Below the pieces are notes generated by a model. The model did no database searches. It was not told the DNA's origin and worked only from the letters and a program-made list of their open reading frames with translations. A DNA stretch of 35,599 nt from the IMG/VR virus record IMGVR_UViG_3300021255_004328; one strand, 5' to 3'. The DNA comes from a virus. Its lineage: Duplodnaviria > Heunggongvirae > Uroviricota > Caudoviricetes. A program made the position numbers and the translations under genes. Every line of letters starts with the position of its first letter. Within the stretch, counting starts at the first letter, position 1. This document shows positions 24,739-33,896 of the stretch, in pieces.

Positions 24739-25035
24739 ATGGGTAGAAAAGCCAAGTTGATACGAGTAAACTTTACTCCTGCCGAAAACGTCGCTGCATT
24801 TATTGTAGCTTTTGTTGATAATGAAAAAGACGGATTTAAGAAAATTGTCAAAGAAGCTTATTCTAATTGGTCAACTGACAACAACATCAACTGGGAAGAA
24901 AAACAGCTTAAGATTGTAACTGAGCTTTCTTCTTATTCATTTGTTGCAAATGTCGATCTTGATGAAAAGTATTCTGACTGGGAAGACTTTTATATCCTTC
25001 ATTTCCAAAAAACATCTGATTATAAGGTCCGTTAA
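24739..25035 (+). CDS. hypothetical protein
   Basis: 98 aa, GAGG SD, ACTAAAT and GTTAATAT motifs upstream. Confidence 0.75.
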   Translation: MGRKAKLIRVNFTPAENVAAFIVAFVDNEKDGFKKIVKEAYSNWSTDNNINWEEKQLKIVTELSSYSFVANVDLDEKYSDWEDFYILHFQKTSDYKVR

Positions 25036-25044
25036 TATTTATTT

Positions 25045-27138
25045 ATGCTAATACTTAAGTCTCTTCATCTTGAACATTTTATGTGTATCACTGAGGCCGA
25101 TTTAAATTTTGATGCAAACTGCATTATTATTGAAGGTGATAACGGTCAGGGAAAATCGGCAGTTATGGAAGCGATTGCAATCTGTCTTTCAGAAAGAAAA
25201 CGCTCTGACTCTGTAAAAGAGTTTATTCAAAAGCCACACGACCACGCAAAAATTATTCTCGATTTAATTTATAATGACGAACAGATACTCTTTGATGTAA
25301 ACCTTAATCATAAAGGAGGAACACCTCTTGAAAGAGATGTGCTTTATAAAGGTAAACATTATATCAACTCTGAAGTAACTGATCTTATTAAAGAACTCGA
25401 CTTTACATTTTATTCAGACATTATTATGCAAATGCAAGGACAGGATGATATTGCAACAATGACTCCTGTTATGCGTCTTAACTTATTGCAGCGTCTTTTC
25501 CAATTTGATTTTACTGAAGAGATTGGCCCAATTCAGGAAAAGCTTGAAGAGTTTGTAAAAAACAAAACTTTGGATATTGATAAGATTGACTTCTTAGAGA
25601 AAGCAAATAAGCAAAAAGACACAACATTGAAATCTTTGAAAGAAAAAGATTTTGACTTTTCAAAAGAAGATTACGATAATTATAAAAATGAACTTGATGA
25701 CAAAAAAGCTCAGGTTGAAAAGTTGAGCAACGACTTGGATAAAACATTTGAAATCTTACAAAAGAAAACAGACATCCAAGGAATGATTGATACAATTGAA
25801 AATCAGCAAGCAGGTATTGCACAAAAGCTTCTTGATAATAAGAAGGCTGCTGAAGCATTAAAGAAAGCTGATTACCCAACGCAGATTTCTTCTTTAGGAA
25901 CTGGCGAAACTGATGCTATGATGAAGAAAGCTGCTGCTGAAGATATTATCAAAAATAAGAAAAACGCAATTGCTCAATTGGAAACTTCAATCTCAAGTAT
26001 CAATGTTCAGATAGGTGAGCTTAATGCCGCAAAAAAGAATTGTGACCATAAGCTTGAATTAGCAAAGAAAGGTATTTGTCCTGAATGCGGAAAGCCTACT
26101 GATGATATTGATGATGTAAAGATTATCAAAGAAAAAGAAGAATACGATGATAAGATTGGCGATGAAATCGAAAAGAAAGATAATCTTATTATTGAAATGA
26201 ATAAATATAAAGATGAGGTCGCAGCCCAGCGTAAGCAAATATCTGTTCTTGAAGCAAGCATCTCGAGATTTGATACTGAAGCAAAAATGTTGGAGCAACA
26301 AGAAGCTGCAGAAAAAGCAAAACTTATTCCTGAAGAAAAGATTAAAGAATATGAGGATAAGCTTAAAGAACTTGATGAAAAGGCAAAACCTTTATATGAT
26401 TTAATACACGATTATGACAACCAATTGAGTGACAGAAATAAAAAGACACTTGAGAAGTCTAAATTGAAAACTGAAATTGCTGACCTTGAGAAAAAGATTA
26501 AGGGTTCTGATGAGATTGCAGACCATAACAAAGTTGTCGAACTTCAGAGAATGTCAATCAAAAATGAAATACTTGAAAATGAAAAGAACATTGAAGTTTT
26601 CAGAAACTTAATTTCAGATATTGATTTGAATGTTCAAACTTATAATGAAGTATTAAGAGTCCTTGATAAAGAATTGCCTAATTACCTTGTAGTTAAAACT
26701 TGTGCAAAGCTTGAGGCTGAAATGAACAACTTCGTAAACATTGTATTCCCAAACTTCCGTTTGAGATTGTTGCAATCAAGACGAGGCGTTGAGTTCTTTT
26801 ATACAACTGACCCAAATGTTGATATGACTGATATTAAGAAACTTATCAATTCAAAAATGGCTTCAGGTTATGAAAAGTCTGTATTGGGTCTTGCTTTTAA
26901 GGTTGCATTGTGTAAAGCTTACAATCTTTCATTTATTGCTCTTGATGAAATTGATGCTGCTGCATCTGAAGGCAATTCCGTTCTTACAATGGAATCTTTA
27001 ATAAGTTCAAACATCTTCAATCAAATTTTCTTTATTACACATAAAGAAGCAACTCGTGACATCATCAAGTCATTAAGCAGTTCAGTTATATGTTATCATA
27101 CTGAAAAAGGTGTATTCACAAATGAAGACGCAGATTAA
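25045..27138 (+). CDS. sbcC: SbcC/Rad50 (T4 gp46-like) recombination ATPase
   Basis: Walker A GDNGQGKS, Q-loop, coiled coils, zinc hook CPEC, signature ASGYEK, Walker B LDEID, H-loop ITH. Confidence 0.9.
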   Translation: MLILKSLHLEHFMCITEADLNFDANCIIIEGDNGQGKSAVMEAIAICLSERKRSDSVKEFIQKPHDHAKIILDLIYNDEQILFDVNLNHKGGTPLERDVLYKGKHYINSEVTDLIKELDFTFYSDIIMQMQGQDDIATMTPVMRLNLLQRLFQFDFTEEIGPIQEKLEEFVKNKTLDIDKIDFLEKANKQKDTTLKSLKEKDFDFSKEDYDNYKNELDDKKAQVEKLSNDLDKTFEILQKKTDIQGMIDTIENQQAGIAQKLLDNKKAAEALKKADYPTQISSLGTGETDAMMKKAAAEDIIKNKKNAIAQLETSISSINVQIGELNAAKKNCDHKLELAKKGICPECGKPTDDIDDVKIIKEKEEYDDKIGDEIEKKDNLIIEMNKYKDEVAAQRKQISVLEASISRFDTEAKMLEQQEAAEKAKLIPEEKIKEYEDKLKELDEKAKPLYDLIHDYDNQLSDRNKKTLEKSKLKTEIADLEKKIKGSDEIADHNKVVELQRMSIKNEILENEKNIEVFRNLISDIDLNVQTYNEVLRVLDKELPNYLVVKTCAKLEAEMNNFVNIVFPNFRLRLLQSRRGVEFFYTTDPNVDMTDIKKLINSKMASGYEKSVLGLAFKVALCKAYNLSFIALDEIDAAASEGNSVLTMESLISSNIFNQIFFITHKEATRDIIKSLSSSVICYHTEKGVFTNEDAD

Positions 27139-27502
27139 ATTGTGGTTTAAGTTCAACAAGTATTCTTTTATCGAACTGGGTTGGTCTCTTGGGTCATTAG
27201 TTTGTGATATACTTATCGCTCATCATTGGTGGGGTAATTTGTTTACCCCGCTTCATATTGTGTGGTGGGTTATTGCTGTGCCTTGGACATTGTTTGGATT
27301 TTATCGAGCCTTTGAGTCTTTCAGGTCTTACAAGTATCGTATTGATGATTACTTAAAAGTAACTGAAATGTTCCAAAGATATGGTGTTAAGAAAAGTGTA
27401 TTATACAACTTACAGCAAATACCTTGCTCCGCAACTGTTGCAGAACAACTTATAAAAGACTTTGATGTAAAGGATGTTAAACTTTACACTGATGACTTAT
27501 AA
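27122..27502 (+). CDS. membrane protein
   Basis: Two hydrophobic, Trp-rich segments; start moved to ATG 27122. Confidence 0.7.
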   Translation: MKTQIKLWFKFNKYSFIELGWSLGSLVCDILIAHHWWGNLFTPLHIVWWVIAVPWTLFGFYRAFESFRSYKYRIDDYLKVTEMFQRYGVKKSVLYNLQQIPCSATVAEQLIKDFDVKDVKLYTDDL

Positions 27503-29815
27503 TCCTGAGAACGCTTTTGTCATATCATTCCAAGCATTACCTACATCTTTACCTGCATTATTAACACTACTAACATAAGCTTCACCACGATCTTTTGCCC
27601 ACTTTTCTGCTCTTTTCATTGGTGTTTGTTTTCCCATAGCGTAATCAATTGCAGCATCAATAAACATACTCATTTGTGATGTTACCCAAGTGCCTGCGTC
27701 ATCATAAGTATCAAGTTTATAAAATCTTTTGTAAATAAAGTCATAAGTAAAGTTAACAGGACCTGCGTTTTCTCTTTCAAACTTTATTGCATCTGATGTG
27801 CCAAGAATCTTAACATCTTCAAAAATAAATCTTTCGTCCATTTTATCAGTAAGTTTTGTTCTGAACTTAAAAGATGGTGTTGTTCTTTTTACAATTATAT
27901 CGAGTCTTTTTGTAGTTTTTAATACATTGAACAAGTCGTCCTTTTTTGCAGGAGTTGATATAACTGAAATGTTTTTACTTAAAGCTTCAGTAACATAATT
28001 GAATCCTGTCTTATCAAAATGAAGATTTTTGAGGTCTTGTTTTCTTTTTGTATTAAGTTCCTCTTTTTCTTTATCAAGTTCTTCACAGAGGTCATAATAT
28101 AACTTTGCACATTCTTTACGTTTATTCCAATGGTCATATATGTAAAGAGCTTCAAGGTCCTTTTTATACTCATCAACTTCTGCTTGAATCTTTTTCTTTT
28201 CTTCTCGTTCAGCCTTAAGTTTTGCAAAAAAGCCTTCTGCCTTTTCACTATCTGACTTTTCTTTATTCTTTTTCTTCTTTGTGTCTTCAATATATCTTTC
28301 AGTATCAAACTGCATCTGACTTCTTAAATGTGTATAGAAGCCACTGAGGTCAGTATGTTCTTTTAAGTATTTTTCTTTTTGTTCTTCAACATACTTTTCG
28401 TATTTATCAGAGTCTTCATCAGAGAACTTTGCTTTCTTACCTGCAATAAAGTCATTTACGATTGAGGTAGAGTCTTCTTCCAAAGCAACTTTCCAATCAG
28501 CTTCATATTGCTCATCAAGTTCTTTTTGCTTTTTGAGAATTTCTTCAAGGTGGTCTTCATAATCGTCTTGAATTTTTGCAGCGGCTGAATTCTCCAAACC
28601 TTTAGTAATTGCTGAACCTTTACCAAATAAGTTTGACATATCAGTTCCTGCGAGTTCATTGAATGCTGAAATGTAAGCAAGTTTTGTATCGCCTCTTATT
28701 GAGAATGAAGAGCGCCCAGGCGTGTCAATTCCATCAAGAGGTCTTTCAACAACGCCACTTGCATAATTGATTGTGCCCGACTTTCTCTGATATGCTGGGA
28801 TGTCAATTGAAGCTATACGAGCAGATAACAATGTTGATGAGAACAAAGCTTTAATGAACGCCTGCCCTCTACCAAGCAATTTTGTATCGTGTGTATCATC
28901 ATCTCTTATTCTGAAGTAAACATCATACATATTTGACATCGCATCAGGATAATTTATTGCTTCCATCTCAGTTAAAGGTTGATTATTAAATTTCATATTT
29001 ATAACTGGGTCAGCATCATAATCAACTGTATCTGAAACTGATGTTGTGTACACATCCTTCATATCACTATAATCTGTAGGAGACGGTGTTACAGGATTTA
29101 AGTCAGCTACAGGTTCTTCCATAATGGGAAGAGGATTTCCTACATCAAGAGGATTTGCTCTTAACATTGGGATTGCAGGATTTATACCTACGCCTGTACC
29201 AAATGCGCCGTCTGATGAACTGCTTGTAACTGAGTCTTTTGTATTTTCAGCATAAGAATTACTATCGCCATTATTTCCGTTTCCATTACCGCCGCCTGAA
29301 GAGCTGTTGTTATGATTGCTTAAGTCATCAACAACATCCTTTAAAACTCCATATAAAAACTGAGCAGCGCCTTCAGACTCATTTTGATTTACATTACCAA
29401 CTTTGCCATAATTGCTTGTTGCTTCTGAAAACATCCCTGTTTCAAAACCGTCAGCAATAACATTTACAATCTTTCCGTAAGGGTCGCCTGCGGGTCCTGT
29501 GATATTGACTTCATTAGCAATTTCTTCACCTTTATATCCGTTTGCATTTCTTTCAGTAAAGATGTCGCCGTTGTTTATAACAGCATTACCTTTTTCACCA
29601 TAGGGAGCGGGACCTTGAGCGCCTGTGTTGCTGTTCAAGCTTATTGTTGAGGAACCATCATCTTTTGAAGTTGTCTGACCATTATATGAAGTTGGACTTG
29701 AAAACTTATTTGCGCCACTTTTTGGGCCTTTTCCTTTATACTGACCCTCTCCATTTTCAGGAATATCATCTGGTCCTGATTGGTCAAATATGCTTAATCT
29801 GTAAGAATCTGCCAT
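27497..29815 (-). CDS. tail-tube-fold protein with long N-terminus and charged insertion (tube initiator/baseplate-hub-like)
   Basis: SNMYDVYF...ARIASIDIP and RFIFEDVKI...KFERENAGPVNFTYDFIY align with the adjacent tube protein. Confidence 0.55.
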   Translation of the reverse strand: MADSYRLSIFDQSGPDDIPENGEGQYKGKGPKSGANKFSSPTSYNGQTTSKDDGSSTISLNSNTGAQGPAPYGEKGNAVINNGDIFTERNANGYKGEEIANEVNITGPAGDPYGKIVNVIADGFETGMFSEATSNYGKVGNVNQNESEGAAQFLYGVLKDVVDDLSNHNNSSSGGGNGNGNNGDSNSYAENTKDSVTSSSSDGAFGTGVGINPAIPMLRANPLDVGNPLPIMEEPVADLNPVTPSPTDYSDMKDVYTTSVSDTVDYDADPVINMKFNNQPLTEMEAINYPDAMSNMYDVYFRIRDDDTHDTKLLGRGQAFIKALFSSTLLSARIASIDIPAYQRKSGTINYASGVVERPLDGIDTPGRSSFSIRGDTKLAYISAFNELAGTDMSNLFGKGSAITKGLENSAAAKIQDDYEDHLEEILKKQKELDEQYEADWKVALEEDSTSIVNDFIAGKKAKFSDEDSDKYEKYVEEQKEKYLKEHTDLSGFYTHLRSQMQFDTERYIEDTKKKKNKEKSDSEKAEGFFAKLKAEREEKKKIQAEVDEYKKDLEALYIYDHWNKRKECAKLYYDLCEELDKEKEELNTKRKQDLKNLHFDKTGFNYVTEALSKNISVISTPAKKDDLFNVLKTTKRLDIIVKRTTPSFKFRTKLTDKMDERFIFEDVKILGTSDAIKFERENAGPVNFTYDFIYKRFYKLDTYDDAGTWVTSQMSMFIDAAIDYAMGKQTPMKRAEKWAKDRGEAYVSSVNNAGKDVGNAWNDMTKAFSGL

Positions 29816-29831
29816 ATTGAAAAATTAGTCA

Positions 29832-29861
29832 TAAAAAATGGCGGTCATAAGAGACCGCCAT
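29832..29861 (-). terminator. intrinsic terminator after tail tube gene
   Basis: ATGGCGGTC / GACCGCCAT stem (29838-29861) with T6 on the minus strand. Confidence 0.8.
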
Positions 29862-29889
29862 AAAACAGATAATTGCTTATCTAGGAAAA

Positions 29890-30537
29890 TTACAAGTTTG
29901 TGTTTCCTTCACCTGGGTTTCCTGCAGCGAAGCCTGGGTATTTAACCTTACCGAACTTGAAGTCAACTGTGAACTTGATAACGTCTGCACCGTCAGTTGA
30001 GAACTTAGGCATTGTAACTTTTGTTACGATACAGTTCTCAAATACCCACTGAAGACCACCTTTGATAAGTCCTTCACCTGGGCCTGCATTTGGGTTTGAG
30101 TATTCCTCAAGTCCCTTAGGTGCACCTGCCAAAGCGCCTGCTGCTGAGTTTCCTGCTGCAACGATAGCAGAGTCAATTGTTTTAACAGTTACTTTACCAA
30201 CTTTGTCGATATTTGCGTTTGATACACCACCTGTGTTAGGGTCAACGTGCCAAGAAAGCAAAGAAGTAAATGCCTGATAAAGTCCATATTTTGCATCCAT
30301 TCTAAACTCGAGTGAGAATGCTCTTTCAAAGTTCTGCTCTGTCTTTACACGAGGATATTTAACACCGTGATATGCATTTTCATATGTAGGAGCTTCAACA
30401 TCAGGAATTTCAAAACCTGAAGCACGAACAGTTGCGTTCCAGTTAGCAAACTCTAACTGAACATCATACATATTTGTCTGTGCATCAGCGCCTGCTTCTA
30501 TCAATGCTTGAAGTCCGCTATTTACTACATCACTCAT
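29890..30537 (-). CDS. tail tube protein (T4 gp19-like)
   Basis: NMYDVQL, IP, YHGVKY, FSLEFRMD, W, WVFENC..., KFTVDFKF: typical gp19-fold pattern; high-expression codon usage. Confidence 0.7.
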   Translation of the reverse strand: MSDVVNSGLQALIEAGADAQTNMYDVQLEFANWNATVRASGFEIPDVEAPTYENAYHGVKYPRVKTEQNFERAFSLEFRMDAKYGLYQAFTSLLSWHVDPNTGGVSNANIDKVGKVTVKTIDSAIVAAGNSAAGALAGAPKGLEEYSNPNAGPGEGLIKGGLQWVFENCIVTKVTMPKFSTDGADVIKFTVDFKFGKVKYPGFAAGNPGEGNTNL

Positions 30538-30559
30538 TTCAATCTCCTATGATATTTAT

Positions 30560-31102
30560 TTAGTAACCAAGATGAAGTCTTCGTTCAGCCATTTTTGCAA
30601 TAACAGCCAAAGTATTAGGACTTAAATCGTGGTTGTAAAGTGTCGTGTTATATTTTGATTTTATAATCATCGCACCGCCAAATGTTCCTAACGCCTCTGT
30701 AACTTGTAAACAAAGAATGCAAGGATGGTCAGGAGTATCTTGTGGGTCCAACATAATCCTAATTATCAAGTCATCAGGCACCAAATACACATTGTGTGGC
30801 ACAACAATTTGATAAATTTCTTTGTTTTCTTCTGCAGCTGCGTTAACTAAAGAATTGACAGTATAACCACTTTCGATGTTCCCTCCAATACGACGATAAG
30901 GAATATCTTCCATAGGTGGGAAAACAACTGGGATAACATCAGCCATTTGTATGTTTGCATTTTTAGGGTCACCTTCGTCATTTCTCGTAAGTCTTATACG
31001 AATACAATCAGTTGGCGCACCTTCGTGTTCAATCTGCAAATCAATAAGTTTTCTTCTTATGTTATCTTGCTTCATCGCAAGTCTTTGCTGCCAAGTTCTC
31101 AT
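30560..31102 (-). CDS. hypothetical protein, possibly head-tail joining
   Basis: 180 aa directly upstream of the tail tube; ACTAAAT 4 nt before ATG. Confidence 0.5.
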   Translation of the reverse strand: MRTWQQRLAMKQDNIRRKLIDLQIEHEGAPTDCIRIRLTRNDEGDPKNANIQMADVIPVVFPPMEDIPYRRIGGNIESGYTVNSLVNAAAEENKEIYQIVVPHNVYLVPDDLIIRIMLDPQDTPDHPCILCLQVTEALGTFGGAMIIKSKYNTTLYNHDLSPNTLAVIAKMAERRLHLGY

Positions 31103-31161
31103 ATTTATTTAGTTGACTAAATTGTTATGGTGAGTTGCAGGAATGCAGCTATGGAGATAAG

Positions 31162-33708
31162 ATGGATAAGTTTCATAGAAACCCTATGCAAATGCCATCA
31201 ACATCAGAAGCAAAATTTGATGATGCATTTGCTGAATTAAAGCAGCGCGAGCTTCTTTATAATCGCGATAAGAAAGAACTTGGTATTAAAATCGGAGATA
31301 AATTGATTATCCCAAAGCCAAGAGTTGATGAGTTCAATGTAACTTTCAATGAAGATGACGAAATTGCATTGAAAGATGATGTAACGGTAGATTCAGTTAC
31401 TGCACGAGCAGACCGTCAAGGTGTTGATTGGAAATCACAAACATTATTAGCAGAAACAACAGAAGAAAGAACAATTATTCTTATATGTGCTAAAGACAAC
31501 GATAGAGAAACAGGAATGGTTGGCTTTTTTGGTGGTGAAATTGTTGAACTTGGAGAAGATGTTGAAAGTCATTATCAAGTATCTTTAACTTCAACAGGTT
31601 CCCGTCTTATAAAAGGCGCAACAACAAACAAAAAGAAAGCCAAGCCTTGCTTTGTAAAATATAATGGAGATTATTATTATGGACTCCATTTTAAGGAATC
31701 TAGCCCTGCAAAAATTTATCACGCAGGTTGGTCAAATATCCCAGGCCCTCTTGCGGCGCCTTCATACACGACTTACACAGATGGAGATTTCTCAGAAATC
31801 GTCGACCTTGACGATGATTCTGAGACAGGGACGGAAGTAATTGAATTAAGCTGGGCAGACATTGAAAGTTACAACTGGGAGTTCATAGGTGAACTTACAA
31901 GTAGACAAACAGTAAACTTCAGAAACAATTTTAATGCAATCGGCTCTGGCAATAACAGATATTATTCTCTTGCTTCAAATATTCGTTTATATCCTGCAAA
32001 CAAAAGTGGCTCAAATGCATCAACAGTTGAACTTCACCCAGAATGGGGCTCTATCACAGTTGAAGGACGTGATGTAACAAATGTTCGATTTGGTATCACT
32101 GATGATATTGGTTATGTTACATTAAGACTTAAGAACTGGGGTGGTATGAACAGCATCCCTCGTCAGGGTGTAAATATGGTTATCTACTCTGATAACGGCA
32201 CAGGAAATGCTCCTAATGCTGCACAACAGTTAGAGAGTCATTACTTCCCTTATGCGGCTACAGGCACTGATGGATATATCTCTGACTTTACTTTCGGCCC
32301 ACTTCCAAGAGGAACTTATTGGATAAGACAAGGCTCAGGTAATTATAACACAAAGGTTGAATATTACATTCTTCAAACAGAAACATACTCTGGTGAAGAC
32401 GATATAGTAACAGCGGGAGACCATTATGATTATGATTTCAAGCACGGTTTGAAAATCAAAACTCATAATGATACTCACTGGGAAACAAGTCGTAATGGCA
32501 ATAGCGGTGTTATTGTTTGTGATGCTCCTACAAATGAGGTTGACTCAGAAGGTCTTTTACAAGTTGAAGTTTTAGGTCCTTGTAGATTTACTGTAGGATT
32601 TTCTAAATTGCCTGATGACGAAGCGCCTACTGCAACATTGCTTATATCTGAAACACTTGAAGCTGGGGATGAAGCTTGGCAAAGAGCAGTTCAAGGATAT
32701 TCACAGAATGATGCAGCAATCACAGATGTTACTTATGAATATTCTGGAAAGTGGGGCAAAAAGCAAACTCTTTATGTTGCAACTGACCGTCCTGCAGCCA
32801 TATATTATGCTGCAATTGAATACCCATCATTCTCAGGCGGAGCAATTATTGCTGACATTATTCGTGGCCTTGATGAAACAGGTGAAGATGGCTCACCTCA
32901 TATTATCAGACCTTCAGGTGTTATTGATAAAGCATCTTTAATGACAATTGCAGGTGTATGTCTTAATTCAGAAAAACAATTGGTAATTGACTTAAGTAAC
33001 TGTACTGCAGCTGCGGATGCGCAAAATTGGTCAGGTGATACTGATTTGTCAAAACTGTTTCAAGGAGCTTCTTCAGTAAATAAGTTTATTTATCCTAAAG
33101 GTGTTTTAACTGCAGGTAGTGCGCCGTTCTTAAACTGTTCATTCTTGCGTGATATTGAGTTTAATGATGAAATGTATCAGCTAGGTTATTCTGAATGGGT
33201 TAACAGAAACCAAGGATTCTTCTCAGGAGCTCGTATTAAAGAAGTATGGCTTCCAAAGCAATTAGGCCAAGTAACAGGCATTCACGCTTGGGGCGGATAC
33301 TTTATGGCGCAGAACAACATTATTGCATTATATATCAGACCTGATTCTTATTATGCTCAGAATAATATAAGCATAGTTGATATATTTACAAATCAAGACT
33401 GGAACAGCTCAGCGCATCAATTCTGGTCAACTTGGAACTACTCTCGTGGAGATTTCAAAATATATCTTCCTTGTAAACGTATTGGGTCACCTGAAGATAA
33501 TCGTTGGGAAACAGGAAATGAATGGCTTTACAATCGTTGGGTAAACCAAGTAGGAAACACAACTTTTGCATCAGTAATGAACGAGTATTTGTCAAGCGTT
33601 ACAAATAATGTTCCTTCTTTGGAAGGAACAGACCTTGTAAGAGACCACTTGGTTCCTTATGATGTAAATGAAATGTGGTATGAACCAAGAGGATTGGATC
33701 TTGTGTAA
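31162..33708 (+). CDS. putative receptor-binding/tail-fibre protein with C-terminal BspA-like leucine-rich repeats
   Basis: N-terminal ELLYNRDKKELGIKIG attachment-like motif, beta-rich modules, C-terminal YPKGVLTAGSAPFLNCSFLRDIEF and FFSGARIKEVWLP; ATG 31162 with GGAG SD. Confidence 0.55.
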   Translation: MDKFHRNPMQMPSTSEAKFDDAFAELKQRELLYNRDKKELGIKIGDKLIIPKPRVDEFNVTFNEDDEIALKDDVTVDSVTARADRQGVDWKSQTLLAETTEERTIILICAKDNDRETGMVGFFGGEIVELGEDVESHYQVSLTSTGSRLIKGATTNKKKAKPCFVKYNGDYYYGLHFKESSPAKIYHAGWSNIPGPLAAPSYTTYTDGDFSEIVDLDDDSETGTEVIELSWADIESYNWEFIGELTSRQTVNFRNNFNAIGSGNNRYYSLASNIRLYPANKSGSNASTVELHPEWGSITVEGRDVTNVRFGITDDIGYVTLRLKNWGGMNSIPRQGVNMVIYSDNGTGNAPNAAQQLESHYFPYAATGTDGYISDFTFGPLPRGTYWIRQGSGNYNTKVEYYILQTETYSGEDDIVTAGDHYDYDFKHGLKIKTHNDTHWETSRNGNSGVIVCDAPTNEVDSEGLLQVEVLGPCRFTVGFSKLPDDEAPTATLLISETLEAGDEAWQRAVQGYSQNDAAITDVTYEYSGKWGKKQTLYVATDRPAAIYYAAIEYPSFSGGAIIADIIRGLDETGEDGSPHIIRPSGVIDKASLMTIAGVCLNSEKQLVIDLSNCTAAADAQNWSGDTDLSKLFQGASSVNKFIYPKGVLTAGSAPFLNCSFLRDIEFNDEMYQLGYSEWVNRNQGFFSGARIKEVWLPKQLGQVTGIHAWGGYFMAQNNIIALYIRPDSYYAQNNISIVDIFTNQDWNSSAHQFWSTWNYSRGDFKIYLPCKRIGSPEDNRWETGNEWLYNRWVNQVGNTTFASVMNEYLSSVTNNVPSLEGTDLVRDHLVPYDVNEMWYEPRGLDLV

Positions 33709-33710
33709 AA

Positions 33711-33747
33711 ATGGCACAGCTTTCAAAAAATGATATACTAACTAATT
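33711..33747 (+). promoter_or_regulatory. putative capsid-gene promoter region
   Basis: Extended -10-like TGA-TATACT (33731-33739) followed by ACTAATT (33741-33747). Confidence 0.4.
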
Positions 33748-33896
33748 ACTAAAACAATTTGTGTAGTGCTTAATATATGCAGATAAGCGGGAATTATATA
33801 CCGCAAAAAGTAGGGTTTTATATATCTAAATATATCGTTCAAGTACACCACATTCTTGTTTTAATTTTTAACAATAAAATAAGGAAAGGTGAAAAA

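Noticed and set aside
33712-33726. Sigma-54 promoter TGGCAC...
   Set aside because: The -12 element reads TTTC rather than TTGC; a single imperfect instance
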